Origin: Somniosus microcephalus
Taxonomy: Eukaryota
Assembly (NCBI GenBank): GCA_052327205.1
Contig: CM126204.1
Span: 74,400,001-74,464,000 of the forward strand
Reading direction: 5' to 3'
DNA: 64,000 bases
In this document: positions 1 to 12,738 of the stretch, piece by piece
Numbering within the stretch: the stretch's first letter is position 1
How the letters are laid out: every line of letters begins with the position of its first letter
Notes under the pieces: model-generated
The model's input: only the letters and a program-made list of their open reading frames with translations
The model's database searches: none
What the model was told of the DNA's origin: nothing
Position numbers and translations under genes: made by a program

Positions 1-147
1 ACCTTCGTTGCCAGCATGTCACATCAAGACTCCTCTATCTCTTCTGCAGTCTCTCTCATTTCTTTATCTCTAGGCTTGGCTCTCTCCCTAACTTACTTTT
101 CTTCATTGTCTTTCCTCTCCATACAACCCTCTCTCTTGTTCTAATGC

Positions 148-580
148 GTCAGCCTTAGCTCAGCGGTAGCACTCTCACCTCTGAGCCAGAAGGTAATGAG
201 TTCAAGCCCCACTCCAGAGACTTGAGCTCATAGTCTAGGCTGACATTTCAGTGCAGTACTGAGGGAATGTGGCACTCACTGAGTTGCTGTCTTTTAGATG
301 AGATGTTAAACTGTCCTCTCGGGTGGGCATAAAAGATCCCATGCCACTATTGGAAGAAGAGCAGGAGAGTTCTCTTGGTATCCTGGCTAATATTTATCCT
401 TCAACTAACATCAATAAAAGAACAGATTATCTGGTCATTTATCTTATTGCTGTTTGTGAGACCTTGCTCTATGACAACAGTGACTACACTGAAAAAGAAA
501 AGTACTTCATTGGCTGTGAAGTGATTTGGGGCACGCTGAGATCATGCAAGGTGCTATATAAATACAAGTTCTTTCTTTTT
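148..580 (+). mobile_element. tRNA-derived Deu-domain SINE (SacSINE1-like)
   Basis: tRNA-like head (gtcagccttagctcagcggtagc...gagttcaagcccc), conserved body and 3' tail ggtgctatataaatacaagttctttc; related copies at 12739-13203, 29657-31725 and 56566-56752. Confidence 0.75.
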
Positions 581-609
581 GCTCTATGTATAGACACTGA
601 TGACTGATT

Positions 610-3477
610 CAAAATGGGTTTAGAATGCATGTACGTAAACGCACAAAGTGTGGTGAATAAGGTTGGTGAGCTACAAGCACAATTAGCCGTGTGGCAATAT
701 GATGTTGTGGCAATAACGGAAACGTGGCTTAAAAATGGTGAGGACTGGGCACTTAATATTCAAGGGTACAAGGTGTTCAGAAAAGATAGGGAAGGAAAAA
801 AGGGAGGTGGGGTGGCAGTGCTGATTAAGGAAGACGTAGTGTTGGAAAGGGAAGTTGATTTGAGAGGACAAGGACAGAATCCATTTGGTTAGAGTTGAGG
901 AGCAAAAAGGGTATGATCACGCTATTGGGGGTATTCTATAGGCCTCCAAATAGTGAGAGGGAGGTAGAGGAGGAAATCTGGAGGGAAATCGCAGAGATAT
1001 GCAAGAGCTATAGAGTGGTGATATTGGGGGATTTTAATTACCCAAATATCAATTAGGATAATGCTCGGGTAAAGGGAAAGGAGGGCGAGGAATTTCTGAA
1101 ATGTGTTCAGAAGAATTTCCTTGACCAGTATGTTCTTGGCCCAAATTGGAAGGAGGCAATGCTGGATCTGGTGCTGGGGAATGAGGTGGGCCAGGTCGAC
1201 CAAGTGTCTGTGGGAGAACACTTGGGTACGAGTGATCATCGTATCATAAGATTTAGATTAGCAATGGAGAGGAGCAAGGAACAGTAAAGAGTGGAATTTC
1301 TAAACTGGAATAGGGCTAACTTCAATGGGATGCAAAAGGATCTAGCCAGGGTAAAATGGAACCAAAGACTGACAGGAAAAACTGTAACGGAACAATGGGT
1401 GATCTTTAAGGAGGAGATGTTCCAAGTACAGGCTAGGTATATTCCAACAAGAGGGAAATGTAAGGGAACCAAAGCAAAGGCTCCTTGGATGATGAGGGAG
1501 ATTGAGAAGATAATGAAACAAAAAAAGAGGGTGTATGATGAATGTCAGGTGAATTCTTCAAGGGAGAACCAGACCAAATACAATAAGTTGAGAGGGATGT
1601 GAAGATGAAAATAAGATTGGCAAAGAGAGAATATGAGAGTAGAATGGCGGTTAACATTAAAAGGGAACCCAAAAATCTTCTGCCGGCATGTAAACAATAA
1701 GCAGGTAGTAAGAGGTGGGGTGGGGCCTATTAGAGACAAAGAAGGTGATATATGCTTAGAGGCACAGGGCAAGGCTAGAATACTCAATGAGTACTTTGTA
1801 TCTGTGTTTACTAAGGAGGTGGATGCTGACAAAGTATTGGTAGAAGTGGAAAAGGTAGAAGCAATGGAAGGGGTGAAAATTGATAGACAGGATGTACTAG
1901 AAAGGCTGGGTATGCTTCGAGTGGAGAAGTCGCCTGGTCCAGATGGCTTGCATCCCAGGTTGCTAAGGGAATTGGGGGAGGAGATAGCGTAAGGGTTGCC
2001 ATAATTTTCCAATCTTCCCTAGATGCGGGGAAGGTGCTCGAAGATTGGAAAGTGGCAAATGTGACAGCATTGTTCAAGAAAGGGTGTAAGGACAATCCTA
2101 GTAACTACAGGTCAATCAGTTTAGCATCAGTGATGGGTAAAGTTTTAGAAACAATAATCAAGGAAAAGATTGACAGTCACTTGGAGAGGTTTAAGCTAAT
2201 TAAGCAGAGCCAACACGGATTTGTAAAAGGCAGATCTAATCAAATTGAATTTTTTGATGAAATAACAGAGAGGATTGATGAAGGGAATGCAATGGATGTT
2301 GCCTACATGGACTTTTGGAAGGCGTTTGACAAAATTCCACATAGAAGGCTGGTTAACAAAATTGAGGCTCATGGAATAGGTGGGTCAGTGGCAGCTTGGA
2401 TAAGAAATTGGCTTAAGGACAGAAAACAGTGAGTTGTGGTAAATGGCTGTTTTTCAGACTGGAGAATGGTAGTCAGTGGTGTTCCCCAAGGGCCAGTGCT
2501 GGGGCCACTGCTTTTTTTGAAATATAAATGACCTGGATATTGGAATACAGAGTAGAATTTCTAAATTTGCCGATGACACCAAACTTGGGGGGGTGTCGTA
2601 CAGTGATGATACCAATCGACTGCAACAGGACATAGAAAGGCTAGCAGAATGGGCAGACAAGTGGCAGATGGAATTTAATACAGAGAAGTGTGAGGTGATG
2701 CATTTTGGCAGAAGGAACAGGGAGAGGCATTATACACTTAATGGCACAGTTTTAAAGAGTGTGCAGGGACAGAGGGACCTGGGAGTTAATGTGCATAGGT
2801 CTCTGAAGATGGCGGTACATATTGAGAGAGTGGTTAACAAAACATATGGGATCTTGGGCTTCATAAACAGAGGTATTGAGCACAAAAGTAGAGAAGTTAT
2901 GCTGAACCTTTATAAAGCGCTGGTTAGGCCACAACTGGAGTATTGCGTCCAGTTCTGGTCACCACACTTTAGGAAGGATGTGAAGGCCCTTGAGAGGGTG
3001 CAGAGGAGATTTACCAGAATGGTTCCAGGGATGGGGGATCTTAGCTACAAGGACAGGTTGGAGAAGCTGGATTTGTTTTCATGAGAGCAAAGGAGGTTGA
3101 GGGGTGATTTGATAGAGGTGTACAAGAGTATGACAGGTTTGGATAGGCTAGATGGGGAAAGGCTGTTCCCACAAGTTGATGGTGCAAGGACTAGGGGACA
3201 CAGATTTAAGGTTTTGGGCAAGAGAGACAGGGGGGATGTGAGGAAAAACTTTTTTTCCCGCAGTGAGTGGTGATGACCTGGAATTCGCTGCCGACAGAAG
3301 TGGTGGAAGCGGAGACACTCAATGTTTTGAAGGGGAGACTGGATAGGTACTTGAGGGAAATAAACTTGCAGGGCTACGGGGATAGAGCGGGGAATGGGAC
3401 TGACTGAATTGCTCTACAGAGAGCCAGCACGGACTTGATGGGCCAAATGGCCTCTTTCTTTGCCGTTATGACTCTAT
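610..3477 (+). mobile_element. CR1 LINE, 5'-truncated, degenerate ORF2 (APE endonuclease + reverse transcriptase)
   Basis: ORF pieces with YVNAQS..AITETWL (APE), KSPGPDG, DFWKAFD, LVRPQLEYCVQFWSP; CR1 3' UTR ending in an (atgactct)n-type tail; many stops and frameshifts. Confidence 0.93.
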
Positions 3478-4259
3478 GGGCTGGAATTTGTCAATGGGGG
3501 TGCGTTGGGGGTGGGACTGCTAGTTTTCGGGTTTTAGTCCCGCCGCCAATGACGTCCGGCTATTTTCCCTTTATTGACCTTGTTAAGCCCGCCCTGCTTA
3601 GTCGGCCAATTAAGGGAAAGCCGGTGACAGAGGACATCAACGTATGACGTTTCATCTGTCAAAAATTTACGACAATCTCTGTTCTAAGGTGAGCCCTTGT
3701 ACTGAAGACTCACCAAACCTCTTTCCTCAGCAGAAATCAGATGGCTGCTGCATCTGAGAATGCAGCAGCCATTCTGTCATCTCTGCCGTTGAGACGAGGC
3801 ACCTCCGGATCCCCAAGGGTTGAAGCCTGCAGGAAGAAACAAAGGTAAGTAAACTTTTTCTAACACTTTACACTCACCTCTCATACTTACCTCTCCACAC
3901 TTGCACCCATCACTCAACTCTACATCTTACTTTTTGATCCCGCTCACCCCCGCAGATCCACTGCTCGCCTCGCTGACCCTGACGAGGTTCACAGCTGTTG
4001 GGAAGCCCGCACTTGCAGGAGTAAAATGGGGATAAGCCTCTTAACTGCCTGTTAACTACCTGTTAACAGGCAGGTAAATGACTGTAATCCCCTTCCCGCC
4101 TCGAGGAGATGGGTCCCTATGCAACTCGGGGACCCGCCTCCCGGGAAGATGGCACGGAGGCTGGTTGGGAGCGGGTTCGGTACCCGCTCCCAGTTTCTGC
4201 CATTTTCCCGGCAGTCCCGCCATCATGTCCACCTCCCCAGGGCTGGCAAAATTCCCCCC
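3478..4259. mobile_element. Non-autonomous PIF/Harbinger element (MITE), 782 bp
   Basis: Imperfect TIRs gggctggaatttgtca / tggcaaaattcccccc; 3-bp TSD TAT (3475-3477, 4260-4262); GC-rich subterminal arms; no transposase. Confidence 0.75.
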
Positions 4260-4777
4260 TATGATTCTGTGGGGGAAAAATTCGGTTGCTTAGCACCTCC
4301 CGTTAGGGCGCTAATGGGGCACAACGCAAGTAGCGCCCGGGCACGGCGATGTTTGCGTCGCTCGTGAAATTGACCAGAGAGTTTTGGCGGCGGCACTAAA
4401 CTCTACTGCCCCGATCACCTGCACCAGCAGATCGTTACGTCAGTCGAGCGTGTGACGCCCCAGACCGGAAATTGAATGGCGCCCCCCTCCTTTCCGCCTG
4501 CCGCAAGCAATGACAGGGAGACTGGAACGTTTTCCAGTCGGTAAGGGGCTGGGGGAATGCTATTTAAAGGCGCCCATTTCCTGCCTTTTTTTGTGGGAGA
4601 CATTTTTGCACCACGCATTCTGAGAGAGAGAGATTCTGAGAGAGAGAGAGAGATTCTGAGAGAGAGAGGGAGAGACTTCTGCAGAGAATCAACGCTGTGT
4701 GAAGTAATTTTGGCTACTGAGCAGCACTTTGCAGGTTCTTTTGGATTTGACCTTCATTACTTCGATTGTCAAGAAAC

Positions 4778-5942
4778 TTGGGGGTTGCACTGATTCTGGG
4801 CGTCATCCTGTGCCTGCAGAATCGGAGGCATCAGAGACGCAGAGAGAGAGTGGCAATCATGGCCAGAGGGAGGAGGGCCAACAAGCCTCTGCACAGGAGA
4901 CCTTACCCTCCCAGGGTATTCCGGGAACAATTCTCCTACATTAATTTGTCTGAGGAGCAGTGTTTGCGCAGGCTGCGCTTCAGCAAGGAGGTGATCACTG
5001 AGCTCTGCCATCTGCTGCAGCCAGATCTGCAGCCTCAACTGAGGACCAGGACGTCTTTGCTGGTGGTAGTGAAGGTCACAGTGGCTCTGAATTTTTATGC
5101 CACCGGCTCCTTTCAACCAGCTACTGGGGACATCACCAATGTCTCCCAGTTCGCAGTCCACTGCTGTATCCGGCAGGTCACAAATGCCCTCTATAAAAGG
5201 AGACGCCAGTACATCTCTTTCCCGATGACCCGGGCCAAACAGCATGAATGCGCATTAACATTTGCAAGGATAGCAGGCTTCCCCATGGTGCAGGACGCCA
5301 TTGACTGCACGCATGTGGCATTGCGGGCACCGCATGAGAACGCAGAGGTTTTCCGAAACTGCAAGGGGTTCCACTCCTTAAATATCCAGTTGGTGTGTGA
5401 CCACAGACAGCTGATACTCGCTGTCAATGCCTGCTATCCTGGCAGCAGCCACGATGCTTTCACCCTGCGCCAGACTGGTGTGCCAGAACTTTTCCAGGCA
5501 GCGCATCAGCCAAGTGGTTGGCTCCTCGGGGACCAGGGTTATCTACTCTGCACCTGGCTGATGACACCACTCCGTAACCCCAACACCACTCCGTAACCCC
5601 AACACCCCTGCTGAGCTGCGGTACAATGAGAGACATCTCGCCACCAGGAACATCATTGAGCAGACGATCGGCGTGCTCAAGCAATGGTTCCACTGTCTGG
5701 ACCATTCAGGAGGAGCCCTGCAGTACTCTCCTGAGCGAATCTCCCTCTTCATAGTTGTTTGCTGCATTCTTCATAACCTTGCAATCCTCAGGACCCAGCC
5801 AATGCCACCAGGCCTTGGTGCACCACTGGAGGAGGAGGAGGAAGAGGAGAAGGATGATCAGCAGCACCAAGGCGGGAGGGAGGCCCACAATGTTGAAACT
5901 GCAAGGGCCATCCATCAAAGAGTGATAACAAGCCGCTTCTAG
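4778..5942 (+). pseudogene. Harbinger (HARBI1-like) DDE transposase of H1, frameshifted by a 19-bp tandem duplication
   Basis: ALNFYATGSFQ, AIDCTHV (D), YPGSSHD, WLLGDQGY (D), IIEQTIGVLK (E), CCILHN; removing one copy of acaccactccgtaacccca (5564-5582 / 5583-5601) joins the two ORFs in frame; start uncertain (TTG 4778 or ATG 4859). Confidence 0.9.
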
Positions 5943-6243
5943 GCCCTTACTCAGGAAATAGCTTCTGGCATGGAGAACAACATGATGGAAAGCAACCCGC
6001 AACCCCTATAACCGGCCAAGGCAGCAATGATTCCAAAGGCCAAACATGTACATTTTGAATACAACAACTTTTTTTTTACAAACTCTGTGTATATCATTTA
6101 TTCATGACAAACTAACAGAAACAAACACAAAATATCATTAATTAACATAACTGGTTCTCACAACCTGGAGATAATGGCTAAAACACTAAACAAAAGTAAT
6201 TACACGAACTTCGGCCTTTAATAAAAACATTCCCAACATTTCA

Positions 6244-8104
6244 TCAGACCTCCTTCTTTTTGCCCTTCCAGGGTGATCTCCTTCCCTTGCCCACTTGCCC
6301 CTTTCCCACCCTACTGCTCCTCCGTAATGGGGTCCCAGTCTCTGCAGCAAGGATGGTGGAAGGCTGCTGAATGTCAGATCCTAAGACTACAGATGCCCTT
6401 GAAGGACGGCCTCGACCAGCTCTGGGCCTGGAGGCCCCAGCTGCAGACTGCACTAACTCTGCATGGGCGGCAGCAGTCTGGGCTACAGGCGGTGGCAAGT
6501 GCAATACGGAAATGAAAGTGGTGGCAGCAAGAATGCTGTCATCTTGAGAGAGGACAGCACCTCCCTGCTCGACCGACACACTGGCACTCCCACGGGGCAG
6601 CACCTCAGCATCCGGAGCAATCTGCTGGAGCACAGATTGCTGGCCTGTTGCGGTGCGGTGAGAGCCCTGGGACAATGTGTCCGAACCAGTGACGATGGCA
6701 GCAGTCAGTGCTTGCGTGACCTCAATCTGAGTCTGCATGAGAGCAGTCTGAGATTGGATCACGGCAGCCAGTGACTGAATTGCAGCACTAAGCATTTGCG
6801 TGGCGTCCGCCTGTGCTGCAGCGGAGTGCTCCACACTCCTTGCCAGTGCATCAATGCTTTCGGGCACCCTTCCCACTGCACCCATGAGCTGAGTGTGCAT
6901 GTCCACCGCCTGGGTGTTCATTTCAGCGATGAGCCACTCCTCTTCTATGTCCAGTGCAGCAGGGCTCGCTGGCCTACACTCCTTCCGGGGTGAAGGCTCC
7001 CGAGCTTCCCTACCCCCATCGCATTGCTGCAGCCCGCTGGGTCCTGGAGCTTCACCCTCATCAGACCCTTTCCCCTTGCTCCCCTCCAGGGAAGACGTGG
7101 TCCCAGTGTGGGCATGGGCTTCCTTAGGAGAGGCTGGCGCTGAGGCTCCGGCTTCCTCTTCCTCCTCGCCTGCGGCTTCGTTCCCACTGGCAGCTTGAGG
7201 GCCCGTCTCCTCAGCTGGTGAATCACCATCTGAAAGCAGGGAGGCACAAGAGTGGCTTTAGCGTCAGGTCAGGGGGGCAGTAAGGGAGGAAGGAGTGGAG
7301 CGATTTAGTAAATTGGATTGAAAGTGTAAAAGGCAGGTGTTGTGAGGGACAATTGGAATGAGAGAGGAGAGAAAGCTGATGACCTTACCATTGCTGTCCC
7401 AAACGGGGTCGACCTCTCCAGGGGCGACAGGACCGATCACCTGGCTTGCCACAATCCTGTGGACGCGCACCTCAAGATTGCTGAGGGGTTGCAGCTGAGG
7501 CGGCCCTCCACCGGTCCGTTGCTGCTGTCTCCTGTTATGAGATAGCTTGGCCTGCAAGAAAAAGGACGGCGTCTGAGTAAATATGCAGCCATGGCCTTGC
7601 CTGATGTGCCCCCCATAGTTGAATAGCCCTTAATTTATGCAGCCATGGTCTTGCCAGATGTGCCTCCCATAGTTGAATAGCCCTTAATGTATGCAGCCAT
7701 GGTCTTGCCTGATGTGCCTCCCATAGTTGAATAGCCCTTAATATATGCAAGGTGTGTGTTTTATGAAATGGCCATAGGTCTTGGATGAGTGTTTGGCATT
7801 GGGGTTTTAAGACCCTCTGGCCATAGAGTGAGGTTGAGGTGGAGGGATGGAGAGGTATTAAAAAACAGCCACTCACCCTGATGACCCGAGTGAGGTCGTT
7901 GAACTTTTTGCGACATTGTATATGGGTCCTGGGCACCATGCTCCTGGAGGAAACGTGCTGAGCCACCTTCCTCCACACTCTTCTGTAGTCGCGCGGCAAT
8001 GGCCTCCTGCCACTCTCAGGGTACAGTATAGCTCTTCTGCGCTCCACTGCACCAACCAGAGCCTCTAAGGCATGGTCGCTGAAGCGCTGAGCTCGCTCCC
8101 TCAC
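6244..8104 (-). CDS. Myb/SANT-like DNA-binding protein of Harbinger H1, 3 exons (~8104-7877, 7551-7389, 7229-6244)
   Basis: RFSDHALEAL...W..VA...RTHIQCRKKFNDL Myb/SANT motif; GT-AG introns in phases 0 and 1 join in frame; TGGGPP motif, acidic linker, coiled-coil-like segment, basic C-terminus; nearest ATG (8111) is 1 nt out of frame. Confidence 0.8.
7583..7750. repeat. 54-bp minisatellite, about 3 copies, in intron 1 of the H1 Myb gene
   Basis: atgcagccatgg(c/t)cttgcc(t/a)gatgtgcc(c/t)cccatagttgaatagcccttaat repeated head-to-tail. Confidence 0.9.
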
Positions 8105-9026
8105 TCTCCATAGTCCTTGGACTGGAAATTTCAGGCACAGGTCTGCTCATGACGAGATTCAAGCCTGCAATGAGCAGGGTGTGGCTGGAGAGCAAGATCG
8201 ACCCTCCCCTTTAAGAACCGGCCGGCGCCAGTGTGTCTGTGCTCCATTGCTAACTGTCATCACCTGTGCTTCGCCCGCGCTCTGAGTTAGCGCCTCGCTT
8301 CTCGGCCTTTGTGCCTTAAGACAGGTGTGTAGCGCCTGATTTAGCGCTCCAATCACCTCCAGGGGCGATAAAAGCCAAGTTTGCAGTCAGAGGCGATAAT
8401 TAGCACCAGGCGCTAAACTTTGCACCCGGCCAATGATTGCGCCCCAAACGGGGTGATACCGAATTTCTCCCCCTGTGACTCTGATACAGATAATATACTG
8501 ATAATAGCTGTTCCACAACCTGATCAGTTGTGCTAAGCCTGCATTGTGCCTTGACACCACCACATCTGTTGAAAATAGTAAAAAAATGCTTTAAAAATAA
8601 TCTTAATATTTTATTAATAGGTCAATTAAAGACCTACAGTTTTATGTATTATATAATTACAATTTATGACCTGGTAATGGTGGTTTACATAGAAATAGAC
8701 TATCTTAAGATGTAGAACATGTAGCTCAGTATCCCTCATTATTATTGTACATTATTGCATATAAATTGTCATTGTTTATCATCTATAGTTCATGATATTT
8801 TCTACAATTAATATGCCTTATATTAGAAAGTTGTATGTTGCAAATTTTATAGAAGAAATTCTAGATTTTAGAATAGTTGGACCTCTAAATAATTTACAAC
8901 CACGGGGACATGGAAATGATTGTATGTAACTATATAAATGCAAGTTGTTGTTATTGTTCTAATTGCTGAAAGATATTTTGTGATCACTGTTACCCTCCCA
9001 TTTTATTTTTTTTGCATTTTCCCAAG

Positions 9027-9225
9027 GTCTCTTAGAATTGATTGGACATCCCCTGGACGACCAAATGGCATCATAAAGGGATATGAAGTTTGGCGAAATA
9101 CATTGCATCAATGTGTAGACATCAGGAGCCCAAGAGAAAATCAGAATAGTCAACAGTGTGTTTATATTCAATGTAAAATAAATGAAAATATGTGTGGTCA
9201 CTCCTGTTATCAACCCGAGAGTCAG
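9027..9225 (+). CDS. USH2A: Usherin coding exon (FN3 end into Cys-rich region; probably equivalent to human exon 48), 199 nt
   Basis: SLRIDWTSPGRPNGIIKGYEVW...CKINENMCGHSCYQPESQ resembles usherin; polypyrimidine tract + AG acceptor 9025-9026; GT donor 9226; phase 2 to 0. Confidence 0.92.
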
Positions 9226-9688
9226 GTACTGAATCTTTAATAATTGTTCTGTAATTGGCATAAATTATTCTGTAACCCAAAGAGAGCAGCTAATTGTTTT
9301 GACACTTATCTTTAAGAAAGAATTGGTAAATTCTACTCATTTTTGATTTTGCAAGTCACATTAAATTTGCACATATAATTTCCCTAAGTTTTGTTAAATT
9401 TCATAAGACTTGTACGTAATGAAATCAAACAAATGTTACTAAGTTATAGACTGTTTCATTGCTATGTTCAAAAATAGCTCTACTAGAGATTTGAAAAAGA
9501 TCAATCAGAAAACAAATTAAAGAAGTAATTTCTCTATGCTAGGGAGGGTAAAAATCAAGAGTTACTGCTTCTGTTTGTCATCCACAGACTCCCACTGAAA
9601 AGTGAATGGATGTCGAGGGCGGGGGGTGGGGGGCGGTTACACAAGTGTGGCTTCAAAGCCCCCAATAATTGAATAGCTCACCAACACT

Positions 9689-10614
9689 CAGTGGCATGAA
9701 AAATGGCCATTTGGCCAAGGTCTCAGTGGCCTATCAGTTCGTCCCTCTGGTACCATAGCATGAGTCACGGAGGATGAAATTGGTCTTGGGCGGTAGCACA
9801 AAATGGACAATAGGAAACCAGCAGCCCGTTTTACACCCTGCCCGATTTTCTTTTTCATTGATTTCAATTTTGTCCTGGACATTGAAGGCGGTTGCACTCA
9901 GCACTTGAAGTCCTAGATTTAGCTCATTCAAGCGAGAGAATACATCTGACAAGTAGTCCAGCCGTGAGAGCCAGGCCGTATCATGCAGACAGTGAGAGAG
10001 TGGAAATGGGTGGTCTGTAAAGAATAACTTGACTCGGAGTGAAGGTCAACGAAATGTGCCAAGACCTTGCCATGTGACAGTCATCGAACCTCAGTGTGGA
10101 GCATTCGATTGACGTGCTCGCTTCCCATCTCATTACATAGAGCGGAAAATATTCTGGAATTCAAGGGTCGAGCTTTTATCAAGTTTACTATCTCCACAGC
10201 ATTGTCCAGCACCTCCTTCAAGTTGGTAGGCATGCTTTTGACAGCGAATGCTTCCCTATGTATACTGCAATGCACCCACATCGCATTAGGAGCGACTGCT
10301 GTGATACGCATCACTAGTAATTAGTGTGACGTATACAACCGAAAAAAAAACCTGACTCTGTTCTGAGCTCAGTTAGACTGGTCATGTCTGTGTATCTGTA
10401 TTCTCATTGGTACATCTTGAAATAAATTAACTACTTTATATAACAAATTCCCACAGAGTTTTAAAGCTTTGTCTGAATAGCCTATTTTAAAAATTCAATA
10501 AATAAATAAATAAAATAATAAATAAAATTCACCATTAGACAATTCATCCCGCATACCCCCCGGAGATGTCTCTCATGCCCCAAGGGAACTCGTACCACAG
10601 TTTGGGAACCCCTA
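9689..10614 (-). mobile_element. Degenerate hAT (Buster/Charlie-type) transposon remnant
   Basis: WVHCSIHREA..KARPLNSRIFSALCNEMGSEH..LHTEVR and SDVFSRLNELNLGLQ are Buster/Charlie transposase motifs; Charlie-like terminus gtttgggaaccccta at 10600-10614 followed by TA-centred ctttagag; left end uncertain. Confidence 0.8.
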
Positions 10615-12498
10615 CTTTAGAGTGTCTTATGTTAAAAGTTGTGGTTTCTGTTCAGTTGTTGAACAAAAAAAGATTGTTTTTATCTAGTAATAAATCTCTT
10701 CAAAAGTGAAATGTTTGAGGGAATCCGCCATAAAACTGTGTTGTGTTATATTTAATATTGTGCAGTGTAGTGAAATGTCTTTACTTTAAATATGGTGGTT
10801 GGGGAGGCTGAGGGAGGACTCAGTTTAACAAACATGTTAAAATCTCATTGGCGAAGCCCCTGGAGAACTGATTTGTAGCCATTTGTGTATGCACCTTAAA
10901 TATTTTACTATTTAACAGAAATGTTAATGGTAAATACCATTCAACCAAGACTTTCTAAATTTAAGGTATTTTCCGATTGCTGTAAGAAATTAGCAACGCA
11001 TTGTTTAAAATTTATATTAAAAGGATTGTTCCTTCAAAGACAAGCTTTTAGTTGACACAAGCATGAACATTCATTAAAAATAGCTTAGACACAAATCTAT
11101 AGTCATACTTGTACCATTCTTGCTAGTGACTGTGCTCCCAGAAACATGAGTATTAGTACGAGGGCTGCATTGCAGACAATCTGATAGATATAGCACTAGA
11201 GCCAACTAGGAAACCTGAGGTGGAATTCAAATCTGAACTGATATTGACGTTTAGACTTCCTGTAGAGGATGAGTTATGCCAGGGAGAGTGGAAAAATGAC
11301 CGTGGAAGGGGAAAAGTTGCTGAATTGTGCCTTTTGATGGCTTAACAAAAGAATGCCACTGATATTATCATTGAAGGCAATGCAAGTTAGACTATCCTGT
11401 TCTCTGAACCAAGGAGGATAGCTTTTACACAGGAGAGTGGGAAAAAGTCGAGGACAAATGGGAAGATGCCAAAATTGTAGCACTGTAGCAAAGATTATTC
11501 CACAACATTAATCATCTGAGCTGATAGAAAGATAATGGATATTTGAATTTCCATTTTTGCTGTTTTTACCCTAATTTACTCCTGTTTTTTTCTCCTCTCC
11601 TCTGTTGAATGTTACACCTCCACAGATGCCAACTACCATTTGGTACTTCTCCTATGTGGCCATTCTTCATATATGAAGCCAGGCAGTGACTGTCAGTGGA
11701 CTATTCATCCATGGAGTGCAGCACAGACAGTCATTTCCCCCCCCCCCCACCAATCAATCACTCCCCTCCCTTCCCATCGCCCCCTCCCGATCCACCCACT
11801 CCCTCCCGATCAGTCGCCTCCTAATTGCCCCCCTCCCTCCCGTTTGCATACCTCCCTCTCTCCTGATCATCCCTCTGCCTCTTGATCTCTCTCCCGGGAC
11901 CTACCTGAGGGCCTTTTCCGGCGACGCAGCAGTCCGAAATTTACATCCGCTTCATCAGTGAGCTGCCTGGAGACACACAGCAGGTGTCCACAGCTCGCCA
12001 GTCAAATTCAAATCAGGCCTGAGGCTCAATTGGGCCTTTGGCCTATCGGTTCCGGCACAGGGATTGCTCCCTGCAATCTGTTCACTCACTGTATTTCAGC
12101 GCTATCCAAGTTCATCCCTATAGTCTTTAATTTTGTTTGCTGATTATGATAAGTAAGCCGTTCTTTTCTAGCCACATCAAGTACCATTATTTTTTTCCAT
12201 GAGTTGCTTAGCTCGACAAGATTTTTCGGTATGTCAAATTAAAAAAACTATAGTATTGGACCTGCGCTTTTTGTTGAAAAATATACATGTAAACGTGTGG
12301 CTGGAGTCATTTATCATAATCAGCAATGCAAAGGTTAGTTTGTTGAGTAGATTTGAAACATTCTAAACTCTTCCTTGATTCACTGAGTCCCTACTTTATA
12401 GCTGAGCAGATTCATTACTACTCAGGTTTTACTCAGATGTTACTGTGGGAAAACTGATAATGTGTTTTGCATGAAATGTTCCATAATGTTCTTAATAG

Positions 12499-12667
12499 GT
12501 TTGCTGTGATGGAGTGCTGTACGGCAGTCAGCCAGACTACGCTTGCTGTGAAGACAGATACATTGCATCGAGTTTGAATTCCTCTGTAGTGTGTTGCGGT
12601 GGGCTTCTCCACACATTCCAACCTGAGTTTCACTGCTGTGGGAATGATTACATTAGAGTTCTGCCAG
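12499..12667 (+). CDS. USH2A: Usherin coding exon (Cys-rich region; probably human exon 49 equivalent), 169 nt
   Basis: VCCDGVLYGSQPDYACCEDRYI...VCCGG...CCGNDYIRVLP; AG 12497-12498; GT 12668; phase 0 to 1. Confidence 0.93.
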
Positions 12668-12738
12668 GTAGGCAAGACCAAATTTTTCTGTTCTATTGTT
12701 GAATTATGCGCTGACATTCAGGCACTTGACATTTTTAA

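Larger units (their letters stand above)
4271..8473. mobile_element. Full-length PIF/Harbinger transposon H1 (4.2 kb; convergent transposase and Myb/SANT genes)
   Basis: 16-bp TIRs gggggaaaaattcggt / accgaatttctccccc (15/16 match); TSD TGT (4268-4270, 8474-8476); both genes recognisable. Confidence 0.93.

Noticed and set aside
148-230. tRNA genes (also 13130-13203, 19710-19785, 29657-29720)
   Set aside because: A/B-box heads run directly into SINE bodies; no complete cloverleaf.
1236-2095. Antisense ORFs over CR1 (also 22743-23666, 34622-37362 and others)
   Set aside because: Shadow frames of LINE ORF2 that recur in each copy of the repeat.
6215-6230. Sense-strand AATAAA in H1 (and near 44762 in H3) as premature polyA sites for USH2A
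   Set aside because: These are the expected transposase polyA signals, and such hexamers are common in long AT-rich introns; there is no evidence of use without transcript data.
7583-7750. CRISPR-like array
   Set aside because: Head-to-tail repeats without unique spacers, eukaryotic context, no cas genes.
4778-8104. Domesticated host genes HARBI1 / NAIF1 / MSANTD
   Set aside because: Both ORFs lie between TIRs with a TSD, inside an intron, with disabling lesions and several paralogues in the window, so they are transposon genes.
9689-10315. Domesticated ZBED/SCAND3-type gene
   Set aside because: Fragmentary, frameshifted and next to a TIR-like end; a hAT fossil.
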